Of a stretch of DNA of 64,000 nt, positions 50,001 through 63,761 are shown piece after piece. This DNA is from Balanoglossus misakiensis. Its lineage: Eukaryota; Animalia; Hemichordata. Below the pieces are notes generated by a model. The model was not told the DNA's origin. It saw only the letters and a program-made list of their open reading frames with translations, and searched no databases. Position 1 is the first letter of the stretch. The number at the start of each line of letters is the position of its first letter. A program made the position numbers and the translations under genes. The stretch lies in the NCBI GenBank assembly GCA_040954595.2, contig CM082576.2, positions 2,268,760 through 2,332,759 on the forward strand, written 5' to 3'.

Positions 50001-53000
50001 AAATTGTCATTTTCGGACGATTTTCATGAGCTATAACCCATGATTTTTTCAAAAAATGACGAAATTTCGAAATCCGCAAAGTCGAAAAATTGTCATTTTC
50101 GGACGATTTTCATGAGCTATAACCCATGATTTTTTCAAAAAATGACGAAATTTCGAAAATCCGCAAAGTCGAAAAATTGTCATTTTCGGACGATTTTCAT
50201 GAGCTATAACCCATGATTTTTTCAAAAAATGACGAAATTTCGAAAATCCGCAAAGTTGAAAAATTGTCATTTCGGACGATTTTCATGAGCTATAACCCAT
50301 GATTTTTTCAAAAAATGACGAAATTTCGAAAATCCGCAAAGTCGAAAAATTGTCATTTTCGGACGATTTTCATGAGCTATAACCCATGATTTTTTCAAAA
50401 AATGACGAAATTTCGAAAATCCGCAAAGTCGAAAAATTGTCATTTTCGGACGATTTTCATGAGCTATAACCCATGATTTTTTCAAAAAATGACGAAATTT
50501 CGAAAATCCGCAAAGTCGAAAAATTGTCATTTTCGGACGATTTTCATGAGCTATAACCCATGATTTTGTCAAAAAATGACGAAATTTCGAAAATCCGCAA
50601 AGTCGAAAAATTGTCATTTTCGGACGATTTTCATGAGCTATAACCCATGATTTTCTCAAAAAATGACGAAATTTCGAAAATCCGCAAAGTCGAAAAATTG
50701 TCATTTTCGGACGATTTTCATGAGCTATAACCCATGATTTTGTCAAAAAATGACGAAATTTCGAAAATCCGCAAAGTCGAAAAATTGTCATTTTCGGACG
50801 ATTTTTCATATATCCATGATTTTTTCAAAAAATGACGAAATTTCGAAAATCCGCAAAGTCGAAAAATTGTCATTTTCGGACGATTTTCATGAGCTATAAC
50901 CCATGATTTTTTCAAAAAATGACGAAATTTCGAAAATCCGCAAAGTCGAAAAATTGTCATTTTCGGACGATTTTCATGAGCTATAACCCATGATTTTTTC
51001 AAAAAATGACGAAATTTCGAAAATCCGCAAAGTCGAAAAATTGTCATTTTCGGACGATTTTCATGAGCTATAACCCATGATTTTTTCAAAAAATGACGAA
51101 ATTTCGAAAATCCGCAAAGTCGAAAAATTGTCATTTTCGGACGATTTTCATGAGCTATAACCCATGATTTTTTCAAAAAATGACGAAATTTCGAAAATCC
51201 GCAAAGTCGAAAAATTGTCATTTTCGGACGATTTTCATGAGCTATAACCCATGATTTTTTCAAAAAATGACGAAATTTCGAAAATCCGCAAAGTCGAAAA
51301 ATTGTCATTTTCGGACGATTTTCATGAGCTATAACCCATGATTTTTTCAAAAAATGACGAAATTTCGAAAATCCGCAAAGTCGAAAAATTGTCATTTTTC
51401 GGACGATTTTCATGAGCTATAACCCATGATTTTTTCAAAAAATGACGAAATTTCGAAAATCCGCAAAGTCGAAAAATTGTCATTTTCGGACGATTTTCAT
51501 GAGCTATAACCCATGATTTTTTCAAAAAATGACGAAATTTCGAAAATCCGCAAAGTCGAAAAATTGTCATTTTCGGACGATTTTCATGAGCTATAACCCA
51601 TGATTTTTTCAAAAAATGACGAAATTTCGAAAATCCGCAAAGTCGAAAAATTGTCATTTTCGGACGATTTTCATGAGCTATAACCCATGATTTTTTCAAA
51701 AAATGACGAAATTTCGAAAATCCGCAAAGTCGAAAAATTGTCATTTTCGGACGATTTTCATGAGCTATAACCCATGATTTTTTCAAAAAATGACGAAATT
51801 TCGAAAATCCGCAAAGTCGAAAAATTGTCATTTTCGGACGATTTTCATGAGCTATAACCCATGATTTTTTCAAAAAATGACGAAATTTCGAAAATCCGCA
51901 AAGTCGAAAAATTGTCATTTTCGGACGATTTTCATGAGCTATAACCCATGATTTTTTCAAAAAATGACGAAATTTTGAAAATCCGCAAAGTCGAAAAATT
52001 GTCATTTTCGGACGATTTTCATGAGCTATAACCCATGATTTTTTCAAAAAATGACGAAATTTTGAAAATCCGCAAAGTCGAAAAATTGTCATTTTCGGAC
52101 GATTTTCATGAGCTATAACCCATGATTTTTTCAAAAAATGACGAAATTTCGAAAATCCGCAAAGTCGAAAAATTGTCATTTTCGGACGATTTTCATGAGC
52201 TATAACCCATGATTTTTTCAAAAAATGACGAAATTTCGAAAATCCGCAAAGTCGAAAAATTGTCATTTTCGGACGATTTTCATGAGCTATAACCCATGAT
52301 TTTTTCAAAAAATGACGAAATTTGAAAATCCGCAAAGTCGAAAAATTGTCATTTTCGGACGATTTTCATGAGCTATAACCCATGATTTTTTCAAAAAATG
52401 ACGAAATTTCGAAAATCCGCAAAGTCGAAAAATTGTCATTTTCGGACGATTTTCATGAGCTATAACCCATGATTTTTTCAAAAAATGACGAAATTTCGAA
52501 AATCCGCAAAGTCGAAAAATTGTCATTTTCGGACGATTTTCATGAGCTATAACCCATGATTTTTTCAAAAAATGACGAAATTTCGAAAATCCGCAAAGTC
52601 GAAAAATTGTCATTTTCGGACGATTTTCATGAGCTATAACCCATGATTTTTTCAAAAAATGACGAAATTTCGAAAATCCGCAAAGTCGAAAAATTGTCAT
52701 TTTCGGACGATTTTCATGAGCTATAACCCATGATTTTTTCAAAAAATGACGAAATTTCGAAAATCCGCAAAGTCGAAAAATTGACATTTTCGGACGATTT
52801 TCATGAGCTATAACCCATGATTTTTTCAAAAAATGACGAAATTTCGAAAATCCGCAAAGTCGAAAAATTGTCATTTTCGGACGATTTTCATGAGCTATAA
52901 CCCATGATTTTTTCAAAAAATGACGAAATTTCGAAAATCCGCAAAGTCGAAAAATTGTCATTTTCGGACGATTTTCATGAGCTATTACCCATGATTTTTT

Positions 53001-56000
53001 CAAAAAATGACGAAATTTCGAAAATCCGCAAAGTCGAAAAATTGTCATTTTCGGACGATTTTCATGAGCTATAACCCATGATTTTTTCAAAAAATGACGA
53101 AATTTCGAAAATCCGCAAAGTCGAAAAATTGTCATTTTCGGACGATTTTCATGAGCTATAACCCATGATTTTTTCAAAAAATGACGAAATTTCGAAAATC
53201 CGCAAAGTCGAAAAATTGTCATTTTCGGACGATTTTCATGAGCTATAACCCATGATTTTTTCAAAAAATGACGAAATTTCGAAAATCCGCAAAGTCGAAA
53301 AATTGTCATTTTCGGACGATTTTCATGAGCTATAACCCATGATTTTGTCAAAAAATGACGAAATTTCGAAAATCCGCAAAGTCGAAAAATTTTCATTTTC
53401 GGACGATTTTCATGAGCTATAACCCATGATTTTTTCAAAAAATGACGAAATTTCGAAAATCCGCAAAGTCGAAAAATTGTCATTTTCGGACGATTTTCAT
53501 GAGCTATAACCCATGATTTTGTCAAAAAATGACGAAATTTCGAAAATCCGCAAAGTCGAAAAATTGTCATTTTCGGACGATTTTCATGAGCTATAACCCA
53601 TGATTTTGTCAAAAAATGACGAAATTTCGAAAATCCGCAAAGTCGAAAAATTGTCATTTTCGGACGATTTTGTCCATGATTTTTTCAAAAAATGACGAAA
53701 TTTCGAAAATCCGCAAAGTCGAAAAATTGTCATTTTCGGACGATTTTCATGAGCTATAACCCATGATTTTTTCAAAAAATGACGAAATTTGGAAAATCCG
53801 CAAAGTCGAAAAATTGTCATTTTCGGACGATTTTCATGAGCTATAACCCATGATTTTTTCAAAAAATGACGAAATTTCGAAAATCCGCAAAGTCGAAAAA
53901 TTGTCATTTTCGGACGATTTTCATGAGCTATAACCCATGATTTTTTCAAAAAATGACGAAATTTCGAAAATCCGCAAAGTCGAAAAATTGTCATTTTCGG
54001 ACGATTTTCATGAGCTATAACCCATGATTTTTTCAAAAAATGACGAAATTTCGAAAATCCGCAAAGTCGAAAAATTGTCATTTTCGGACGATTTTCATGA
54101 GCTATAACCCATGATTTTTTCAAAAAATGACGAAATTTCGAAAATCCGCAAAGTCGAAAAATTGTCATTTTCGGACGATTTTCATGAGCTATAACCCATG
54201 ATTTTTTCAAAAAATGACGAAATTTCGAAAATCCGCAAAGTCGAAAAATTGTCATTTTCGGACGATTTTCATGAGCTATAACCCATGATTTTTTCAAAAA
54301 ATGACGAAATTTCGAAAATCCGCAAAGTCGAAAAATTGTCATTTTCGGACGATTTTCATGAGCTATAACCCATGATTTTTTCAAAAAATGACGAAATTTC
54401 GAAAATCCGCAAAGTCGAAAAATTGTCATTTTCGGACGATTTTCATGAGCTATAACCCATGATTTTTTCAAAAAATGACGAAATTTCGAAAATCCGCAAA
54501 GTCGAAAAATTGTCATTTTCGGACGATTTTCATGAGCTATAACCCATGATTTTTTCAAAAAATGACGAAATTTCGAAAATCCGCAAAGTCGAAAAATTGT
54601 CATTTTCGGACGATTTTCATGAGCTATAACCCATGATTTTTTCAAAAAATGACGAAATTTCGAAAATCCGCAAAGTCGAAAAATTGTCATTTTCGGACGA
54701 TTTTCATGAGCTATAACCCATGATTTTTTCAAAAAATGACGAAATTTCGAAAATCCGCAAAGTCGAAAAATTGTCATTTTCGGACGATTTTCATGAGCTA
54801 TAACCCATGATTTTTTCAAAAAATGACGAAATTTTGAAAATCCGCAAAGTCGAAAAATTGTCATTTTCGGACGATTTTCATGAGCTATAACCCATGATTT
54901 TTTCAAAAAATGACGAAATTTTGAAAATCCGCAAAGTCGAAAAATTGTCATTTTCGGACGATTTTCATGAGCTATAACCCATGATTTTTTCAAAAAATGA
55001 CGAAATTTCGAAAATCCGCAAAGTCGAAAAATTGTCATTTTCGGACGATTTTCATGAGCTATAACCCATGATTTTTTCAAAAAATGACGAAATTTCGAAA
55101 ATCCGCAAAGTCGAAAAATTGTCATTTTCGGACGATTTTCATGAGCTATAACCCATGATTTTTTCAAAAAATGACGAAATTTTGAAAATCCGCAAAGTCG
55201 AAAATTGTCATTTTCGGACGATTTTCATGAGCTATAACCCATGATTTTTTCAAAAAATGACGAAATTTCGAAAATCCGCAAAGTCGAAAAATTGTCATTT
55301 TCGGACGATTTTCATGAGCTATAACCCATGATTTTTTCAAAAAATGACGAAATTTCGAAAATCCGCAAAGTCGAAAAATTGTCATTTTCGGACGATTTTC
55401 ATGAGCTATAACCCATGATTTTTTCAAAAAATGACGAAATTTCGAAAATCCGCAAAGTCGAAAAATTGTCATTTTCGGACGATTTTCATGAGCTATAACC
55501 CATGATTTTTTCAAAAAATGACGAAATTTCGAAAATCCGCAAAGTCGAAAAATTGTCATTTTCGGACGATTTTCATGAGCTATAACCCATGATTTTTTCA
55601 AAAAATGACGAAATTTCGAAAATCCGCAAAGTCGAAAAATTGTCATTTTCGGACGATTTTCATGAGCTATAACCCATGATTTTTTCAAAAAATGACGAAA
55701 TTTCGAAAATCCGCAAAGTCGAAAAATTGACATTTTCGGACGATTTTCATGAGCTATAACCCATGATTTTTTCAAAAAATGACGAAATTTCGAAAATCCG
55801 CAAAGTCGAAAAATTGTCATTTTCGGACGATTTTCATGAGCTATAACCCATGATTTTTTCAAAAAATGACGAAATTTCGAAAATCCGCAAAGTCGAAAAA
55901 TTGTCATTTTCGGACGATTTTCATGAGCTATTACCCATGATTTTTTCAAAAAAATGACGAAATTTCGAAAATCCGCAAAGTCGAAAAATTGTCATTTTCG

Positions 56001-59000
56001 GACGATTTTCATGAGCTATAACCCATGATTTTTTCAAAAAATGACGAAATTTCGAAAATCCGCAAAGTCGAAAAATTGTCATTTTCGGACGATTTTCATG
56101 AGCTATAACCCATGATTTTTTCAAAAAATGACGAAATTTCGAAAATCCGCAAAGTCGAAAAATTGTCATTTTCGGACGATTTTCATGAGCTATAACCCAT
56201 GATTTTTTCAAAAAATGACGAAATTTCGAAAATCCGCAAAGTCGAAAAATTGTCATTTTCGGACGATTTTCATGAGCTATAACCCATGATTTTTTCAAAA
56301 AATGACGAAATTTCGAAAATCCGCAAAGTCGAAAAATTGTCATTTTCGGACGATTTTCATGAGCTATAACCCATGATTTTTTCAAAAAATGACGAAATTT
56401 CGAAAATCCGCAAAGTCGAAAAATTGTCATTTTCGGACGATTTTCATGAGCTATAACCCATGATTTTTTCAAAAAATGACGAAATTTCGAAAATCCGCAA
56501 AGTCGAAAAATTGTCATTTTCGGACGATTTTCATGAGCTATAACCCATGATTTTTTCAAAAAATGACGAAATTTCGAAAATCCGCAAAGTCGAAAAATTG
56601 TCATTTTCGGACGATTTTCATGAGCTATAACCCATGATTTTTTCAAAAAATGACGAAATTTCGAAAATCCGCAAAGTCGAAAAATTGTCATTTTCGGACG
56701 ATTTTCATGAGCTATAACCCATGATTTTTTCAAAAAATGACGAAATTTCGAAAATCCGCAAAGTCGAAAAATTGTCATTTTCGGACGATTTTCATGAGCT
56801 ATAACCCATGATTTTGTCAAAAAATGACGAAATTTCGAAAATCCGCAAAGTCGAAAAATTGTCATTTTCGGACGATTTTCATGAGCTATAACCCATGATT
56901 TTGTCAAAAAATGACGAAATTTCGAAAATCCGCAAAGTCGAAAAATTGTCATTTTCGGACGATTTTCATGAGCTATAACCCATGATTTTTTCAAAAAATG
57001 ACGAAATTTCGAAAATCCGCAAAGTTGAAAAATTGTCATTTTCGGACGATTTTCATGAGCTATAACCCATGATTTTTTCAAAAAATGACGAAATTTCGAA
57101 AATCCGCAAAGTCGAAAAATTGTCATTTTCGGACGATTTTCATGAGCTATAACCCATGATTTTTTCAAAAAATGACGAAATTTCGAAAATCCGCAAAGTC
57201 GAAAAATTGTCATTTTCGGACGATTTTCATGAGCTATAACCCATGATTTTTTCAAAAAATGACGAAATTTCGAAAATCCGCAAAGTCGAAAAATTGTCAT
57301 TTTCGGACGATTTTCATGAGCTATAACCCATGATTTTTTCAAAAAATGACGAAATTTCGAAAATCCGCAAAGTCGAAAAATTGTCATTTTCGGACGATTT
57401 TCATGAGCTATAACCCATGATTTTTTCAAAAAATGACGAAATTTCGAAAATCCGCAAAGTCGAAAAATTGTCATTTTCGGACGATTTTCATGAGCTATAA
57501 CCCATGATTTTTTCAAAAAATGACGAAATTTGGAAAATCCGCAAAGTCGAAAAATTGTCATTTTCGGACGATTTTCATGAGCTATAACCCATGATTTTTT
57601 CAAAAAATGACGAAATTTTGAAAATCCGCAAAGTCGAAAAATTGTCATTTTCGGACGATTTTCATGAGCTATAACCCATGATTTTTTCAAAAAATGACGA
57701 AATTTCGAAAATCCGCAAAGTCGAAAAATTGTCATTTTCGGACGATTTTCATGAGCTATAACCCATGATTTTTTCAAAAAATGACGAAATTTCGAAAATC
57801 CGCAAAGTCGAAAAATTGTCATTTTCGGACGATTTTCATGAGCTATAACCCATGATTTTTTCAAAAAATGACGAAATTTCGAAAATCCGCAAGTCGAAAA
57901 ATTGTCATTTTCGGACGATTTTCATGAGCTATAACCCATGATTTTTTCAAAAAATGACGAAATTTCGAAAATCCGCAAAGTCGAAAAATTGTCATTTTCG
58001 GACGATTTTCATGAGCTATAACCCATGATTTTTTCAAAAAATGACGAAATTTCGAAAATCCGCAAAGTCGAAAAATTGTCATTTTCGGACGATTTTCATG
58101 AGCTATAACCCATGATTTTTTCAAAAAATGACGAAATTTTCAAAATCCGCAAAGTCGAAAAATTGTCATTTTCGGACGATTTTCATGAGCTATAACCCAT
58201 GATTTTTTCAAAAAATGACGAAATTTTCGAAAATCCGCAAAGTCGAAAAATTGTCATTTTCGGACGATTTTCATGAGCTATAACCCATGATTTTTTCAAA
58301 AAATGACGAAATTTCGAAAATCCGCAAAGTCGAAAAATTGTCATTTTCGGACGATTTTCATGAGCTATAACCCATGATTTTTTCAAAAAATGACGAAATT
58401 TCGAAAATCCGCAAAGTCGAAAAATTGTCATTTTCGGACGATTTTCATGAGCTATAACCCATGATTTTTTCAAAAAATGACGAAATTTCGAAAATCCGCA
58501 AAGTCGAAAAATTGTCATTTTCGGACGATTTTCATGAGCTATAACCCATGATTTTTTCAAAAAATGACGAAATTTCGAAAATCCGCAAAGTCGAAAAATT
58601 GTCATTTTCGGACGATTTTCATGAGCTATAACCCATGATTTTTTCAAAAAATGGCGAAATTTCGAAAATCCGCAAAGTCGAAAAATTGTCATTTTCGGAC
58701 GATTTTCATGAGCTATAACCCATGATTTTTTCAAAAAATGACGAAATTTTCAAAATCCGCAAAGTCGAAAAATTGTCATTTTCGGACGATTTTCATGAGC
58801 TATAACCCATGATTTTTTCAAAAAATGACGAAATTTCGAAAATCCGCAAAGTCGAAAAATTGTCATTTTCGGACGATTTTCATGAGCTATAACCCATGAT
58901 TTTTTCAAAAAATGACGAAATTTCGAAAATCCGCAAAGTCGAAAAATTGTCATTTTCGGACGATTTTCATGAGCTATAACCCATGATTTTTTCAAAAAAT

Positions 59001-62000
59001 GACGAAATTTCGAAAATCCGCGAAGTCGAAAAATTGTCATTTTCGGACGATTTTCATGAGCTATAACCCATGATTTTTTCAAAAAATGACGAAATTTCGA
59101 AAATCCGCAAAGTCGAAAAATTGTCATTTTCGGACGATTTTCATGAGCTATAACCCATGATTTTGTCAAAAAATGACGAAATTTCGAAAATCCGCAAAGT
59201 CGAAAAATTGTCATTTTCGGACGATTTTCATGAGCTATAACCCATGATTTTTTCAAAAAATGACGAAATTTCGAAAATCCGCAAAGTCGAAAAATTGTCA
59301 TTTTCGGACGATTTTCATGAGCTATAACCCATGATTTTTTCAAAAAATGACGAAATTTCGAAAATCCGCAAAGTCGAAAAATTGTCATTTTCGGACGATT
59401 TTCAAGAGCTATAACCCATGATTTTTTCAAAAAATGACGAAATTTCGAAAATCCGCAAAGTCGAAAAATTGTCATTTTCGGACGATTTTCATGAGCTATA
59501 ACCCATGATTTTTTCAAAAAATGACGAAATTTCGAAAATCCGCAAAGTCGAAAAATTGTCATTTTCGGACGATTTTCATGAGCTATAACCCATGATTTTT
59601 TCAAAAAATGACGAAATTTCGAAAATCCGCAAAGTCGAAAAATTGTCATTTTCGGACGATTTTCATGAGCTATAACCCATGATTTTTTCAAAAAATGACG
59701 AAATTTCGAAAATCCGCAAAGTCGAAAAATTGTCATTTTCGGACGATTTTCATGAGCTATAACCCATGATTTTTTCAAAAAATGACGAAATTTCGAAAAT
59801 CCGCAAAGTCGAAAAATTGTCATTTTCGGACGATTTTCATGAGCTATAACCCATGATTTTTTCAAAAAATGACGAAATTTCGAAAATCCGCAAAGTCGAA
59901 AAATTGTCATTTTCGGACGATTTTCATGAGCTATAACCCATGATTTTTTCAAAAAATAACGAAATTTCGAAAATCCGCAAAGTCGAAAAATTGTCATTTT
60001 CGGACGATTTTCATGAGCTATAACCCATGATTTTTTCAAAAAATGACGAAATTTGAAAATCCGCAAAGTCGAAAAATTGTCATTTTCGGACGATTTTCAT
60101 GAGCTATAACCCATGATTTTTTCAAAAAATGACGAAATTTGAAAATCCGCAAAGTCGAAAAATTGTCATTTTCGGACGATTTTCATGAGCTATAACCCAT
60201 GATTTTTTCAAAAAATGACGAAATTTTGAAAATCCGCAAAGTCGAAAAATTGTCATTTTCGGACGATTTTCATGAGCTATAACCCATGATTTTTTCAAAA
60301 AATGACGAAATTTTCGAAATCCGCAAAGTCGAAAAATTGTCATTTTCGGACGATTTTCATGAGCTATAACCCATGATTTTTTCAAAAAATGACGAAATTT
60401 CGAAAATCCGCAAAGTCGAAAAATTGTCATTTTCGGACGATTTTCATGAGCTATAACCCATGATTTTTTCAAAAAATGACGAAATTTCGAAAATCCGCAA
60501 AGTCGAAAAATTGTCATTTTCGGACGATTTTCATGAGCTATAACCCATGATTTTTTCAAAAAATGACGAAATTTCGAAAATCCGCAAAGTCGAAAAATTG
60601 TCATTTTCGGACGATTTTCATGAGCTATAACCCATGATTTTTTCAAAAAATGACGAAATTTCGAAAATCCGCAAAGTCGAAAAATTGTCATTTTCGGACG
60701 ATTTTCATGAGCTATAACCCATGATTTTTTCAAAAAATGACGAAATTTCGAAAATCCGCAAAGTCGAAAAATTGTCATTTTCGGACGATTTTCATGAGCT
60801 ATAACCCATGATTTTTTCAAAAAATGACGAAATTTCGAAAATCCGCAAAGTCGAAAAATTGTCATTTTCGGACGATTTTCATGAGCTATAACCCATGATT
60901 TTTTCAAAAAATGACGAAATTTGGAAAATCCGCAAAGTCGAAAAATTGTCATTTTCGGACGATTTTCATGAGCTATAACCCATGATTTTTTCAAAAAATG
61001 ACGAAATTTCGAAAATCCGCAAAGTCGAAAAATTGTCATTTTCGGACGATTTTCATGAGCTATAACCCATGATTTTTTCAAAAAATGACGAAATTTCGAA
61101 AATCCGCAAAGTCGAAAAATTGTCATTTTCGGACGATTTTCATGAGCTATAACCCATGATTTTTTCAAAAAATGACGAAATTTTGAAAATCCGCAAAGTC
61201 GAAAAATTGTCATTTACGGATGATTTTCATGAGCTATAACCCATGATTTTTACAAAAAATGACGAAATTTTGAAAATCCGCAAAGTCGAAAAATTGTCAT
61301 TTTCGGATGATTTTCATGAGCTATAACCCATGATTTTTTCAAAAAATGACGAAATTTTGAAAATCAGCAAAGTCGAAAAATTGTCATTTTCGGATGATTT
61401 TCATGAGCTATAACCCATGATTTTTTCAAAAAATGACGAAATTTTGAAAATCCGCAAAGTCGAAAAATTGTCATTTTCGGACGATTTTCATGAGCTATAA
61501 CCCATGATTTTTTCAAAAAATGACGAAATTTTCGAAATCCGCAAAGTCGAAAAATTGTCATTTTCGGACGATTTTCATGAGCTATAACCCATGATTTTTT
61601 CAAAAAATGACGAAATTTCGAAAATCCGCAAAGTCGAAAAATTGTCATTTTCGGACGATTTTCATGAGCTATAACCCATGATTTTTTCAAAAAATGACGA
61701 AATTTCGAAAATCCGCAAAGTCGAAAAATTGTCATTTTCGGACGATTTTCATGAGCTATAACCCATGATTTTTTCAAAAAATGACGAAATTTCGAAAATC
61801 CGCAAAGTCGAAAAATTGTCATTTTCGGACGATTTTCATGAGCTATAACCCATGATTTTTTCAAAAAATGACGAAATTTCGAAAATCCGCAAAGTCGAAA
61901 AATTGTCATTTTCGGACGATTTTCATGAGCTATAACCCATGATTTTTTCAAAAAATGACGAAATTTCGAAAATCCGCAAAGTCGAAAAATTGTCATTTTC

Positions 62001-63424
62001 GGACGATTTTCATGAGCTATAACCCATGATTTTTTCAAAAAATGACGAAATTTCGAAAATCCGCAAAGTCGAAAAATTGTCATTTTCGGACGATTTTCAT
62101 GAGCTATAACCCATGATTTTTTCAAAAAATGACGAAATTTGGAAAATCCGCAAAGTCGAAAAATTGTCATTTTCGGACGATTTTCATGAGCTATAACCCA
62201 TGATTTTTTCAAAAAATGACGAAATTTCGAAAATCCGCAAAGTCGAAAAATTGTCATTTTCGGACGATTTTCATGAGCTATAACCCATGATTTTTTCAAA
62301 AAATGACGAAATTTCGAAAATCCGCAAAGTCGAAAAATTGTCATTTTCGGACGATTTTCATGAGCTATAACCCATGATTTTTTCAAAAAATGACGAAATT
62401 TCGAAAATCCGCAAAGTCGAAAAATTGTCATTTTCGGACGATTTTCATGAGCTATAACCCATGATTTTTTCAAAAAATGACGAAATTTCGAAAATCCGCA
62501 AAGTCGAAAAATTGTCATTTTCGGACGATTTTCATGAGCTATAACCCATGATTTTTTCAAAAAATGACGAAATTTTGAAAATCCGCAAAGTCGAAAAATT
62601 GTCATTTTCGGACGATTTTCATGAGCTATAACCCATGATTTTTTCAAAAAATGACGAAATTTTGAAAATCCGCAAAGTCGAAAAATTGTCATTTTCGGAC
62701 GATTTTCATGAGCTATAACCCATGATTTTTTCAAAAAATGACGAAATTTCGAAAATCCGCAAAGTCGAAAAATTGTCATTTTCGGACGATTTTCATGAGC
62801 TATAACCCATGATTTTTTCAAAAAATGACGAAATTTCGAAAATCCGCAAAGTCGAAAAATTGTCATTTTCGGACGATTTTCATGAGCTATAACCCATGAT
62901 TTTTTCAAAAAATGACGAAATTTCGAAAATCCGCAAAGTCGAAAAATTGTCATTTTCGGACGATTTTCATGAGCTATAACCCATGATTTTTTCAAAAAAT
63001 GACGAAATTTCGAAAATCCGCAAAGTCGAAAAATTGTCATTTTCGGACGATTTTCATGAGCTATAACCCATGATTTTTTCAAAAAATGACGAAATTTTGA
63101 AAATCAGCAAAGTCGAAAAATTGTCATTTTCGGATGATTTTCATGAGCTATAACCCATGATTTTTTCAAAAAATGACGAAATTTCGAAAATCAGCAAAGT
63201 CAAAAAATTGTCATTTTCGGATGATTTTCATGAGCTATAACCCATGATTTTTTCAAAAAATGACGAAATTTCGAAAATCAGCAAAGTCAAAAAATTGTCA
63301 TTTTCGGATGATTTTCATGAGCTATAACCCATGAAAAGCGTCGAGAATCCACAAAAACGCAAAAGTTGGCAAATTCGGGAAATCGTCATTTTTGGCACTT
63401 TTCATGAGCTATAACCCATGAAAA
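38001..63424. repeat. Satellite array of about 290 copies of an 87-bp monomer filling intron 3 of the Shisa-like gene
   Basis: Consensus ctataacccatgattttttcaaaaaatgacgaaatttcgaaaatccgcaaagtcgaaaaattgtcattttcggacgattttcatgag (87 nt, 28 G+C) runs from 38151 to 63321, about 25.2 kb. Diverged 87-bp monomers lie at 38064-38150 and 63322-63408, with partial copies outside them. Confidence 0.99.
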
Positions 63425-63451
63425 CTTATGATTTTCATCTTTCTCTTACAG

Positions 63452-63639
63452 ATAACCAAGTAGCCCCTGCCACTCAAATGAACGTTGTGTCAAGCAATTC
63501 TGTGCAAGGTGGTTACTATGGAGCCCAGCCGCCACCACCGCCACCAACCTACAGCGCTCAACCGGCCTACGGGACCGACCCACCAATATATGGTCAACCC
63601 GGAGGTCAACCATCTCAATCATATCCATCCAAGACATAA
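63452..63639 (+). CDS. Shisa-like protein exon 4: P/Q/Y-rich cytoplasmic tail with PPxY motifs; total protein 180 aa
   Basis: ctttctcttacag acceptor, phase 1, matching exon 3. (H)NQVAPATQMNVV...GAQPPPPPPTYSAQPAYGTDPPIYGQPGGQPSQSYPSKT* contains PPTY and PPIY. Confidence 0.8.
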
Positions 63640-63761
63640 TTTTGAATCGACTATAATGTTATTCAGATTGATATTGGTAATATTTTCAAACCAATTCGTG
63701 TAGTTGCAGGCCTAATCATAATAATACTTTACACAAGAAGATTATTCAGAATTATATTACA

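Noticed and set aside
38231-63082. Long minus-strand ORFs (up to 1319 aa) of the 29-aa repeat MTIFRLCGFSKFRHFLKKSWVIAHENRPK
   Set aside because: An 87-bp monomer is divisible by 3, so any stop-free frame stays open indefinitely. The frames break at homopolymer indels, there is no unique N- or C-terminal domain, and the region is antisense within an intron. Ribosome profiling or proteomics would be needed to revive it.
38151-63321. CRISPR-like array
   Set aside because: Monomers are contiguous with no unique spacers, no cas genes are present, and the context is eukaryotic.
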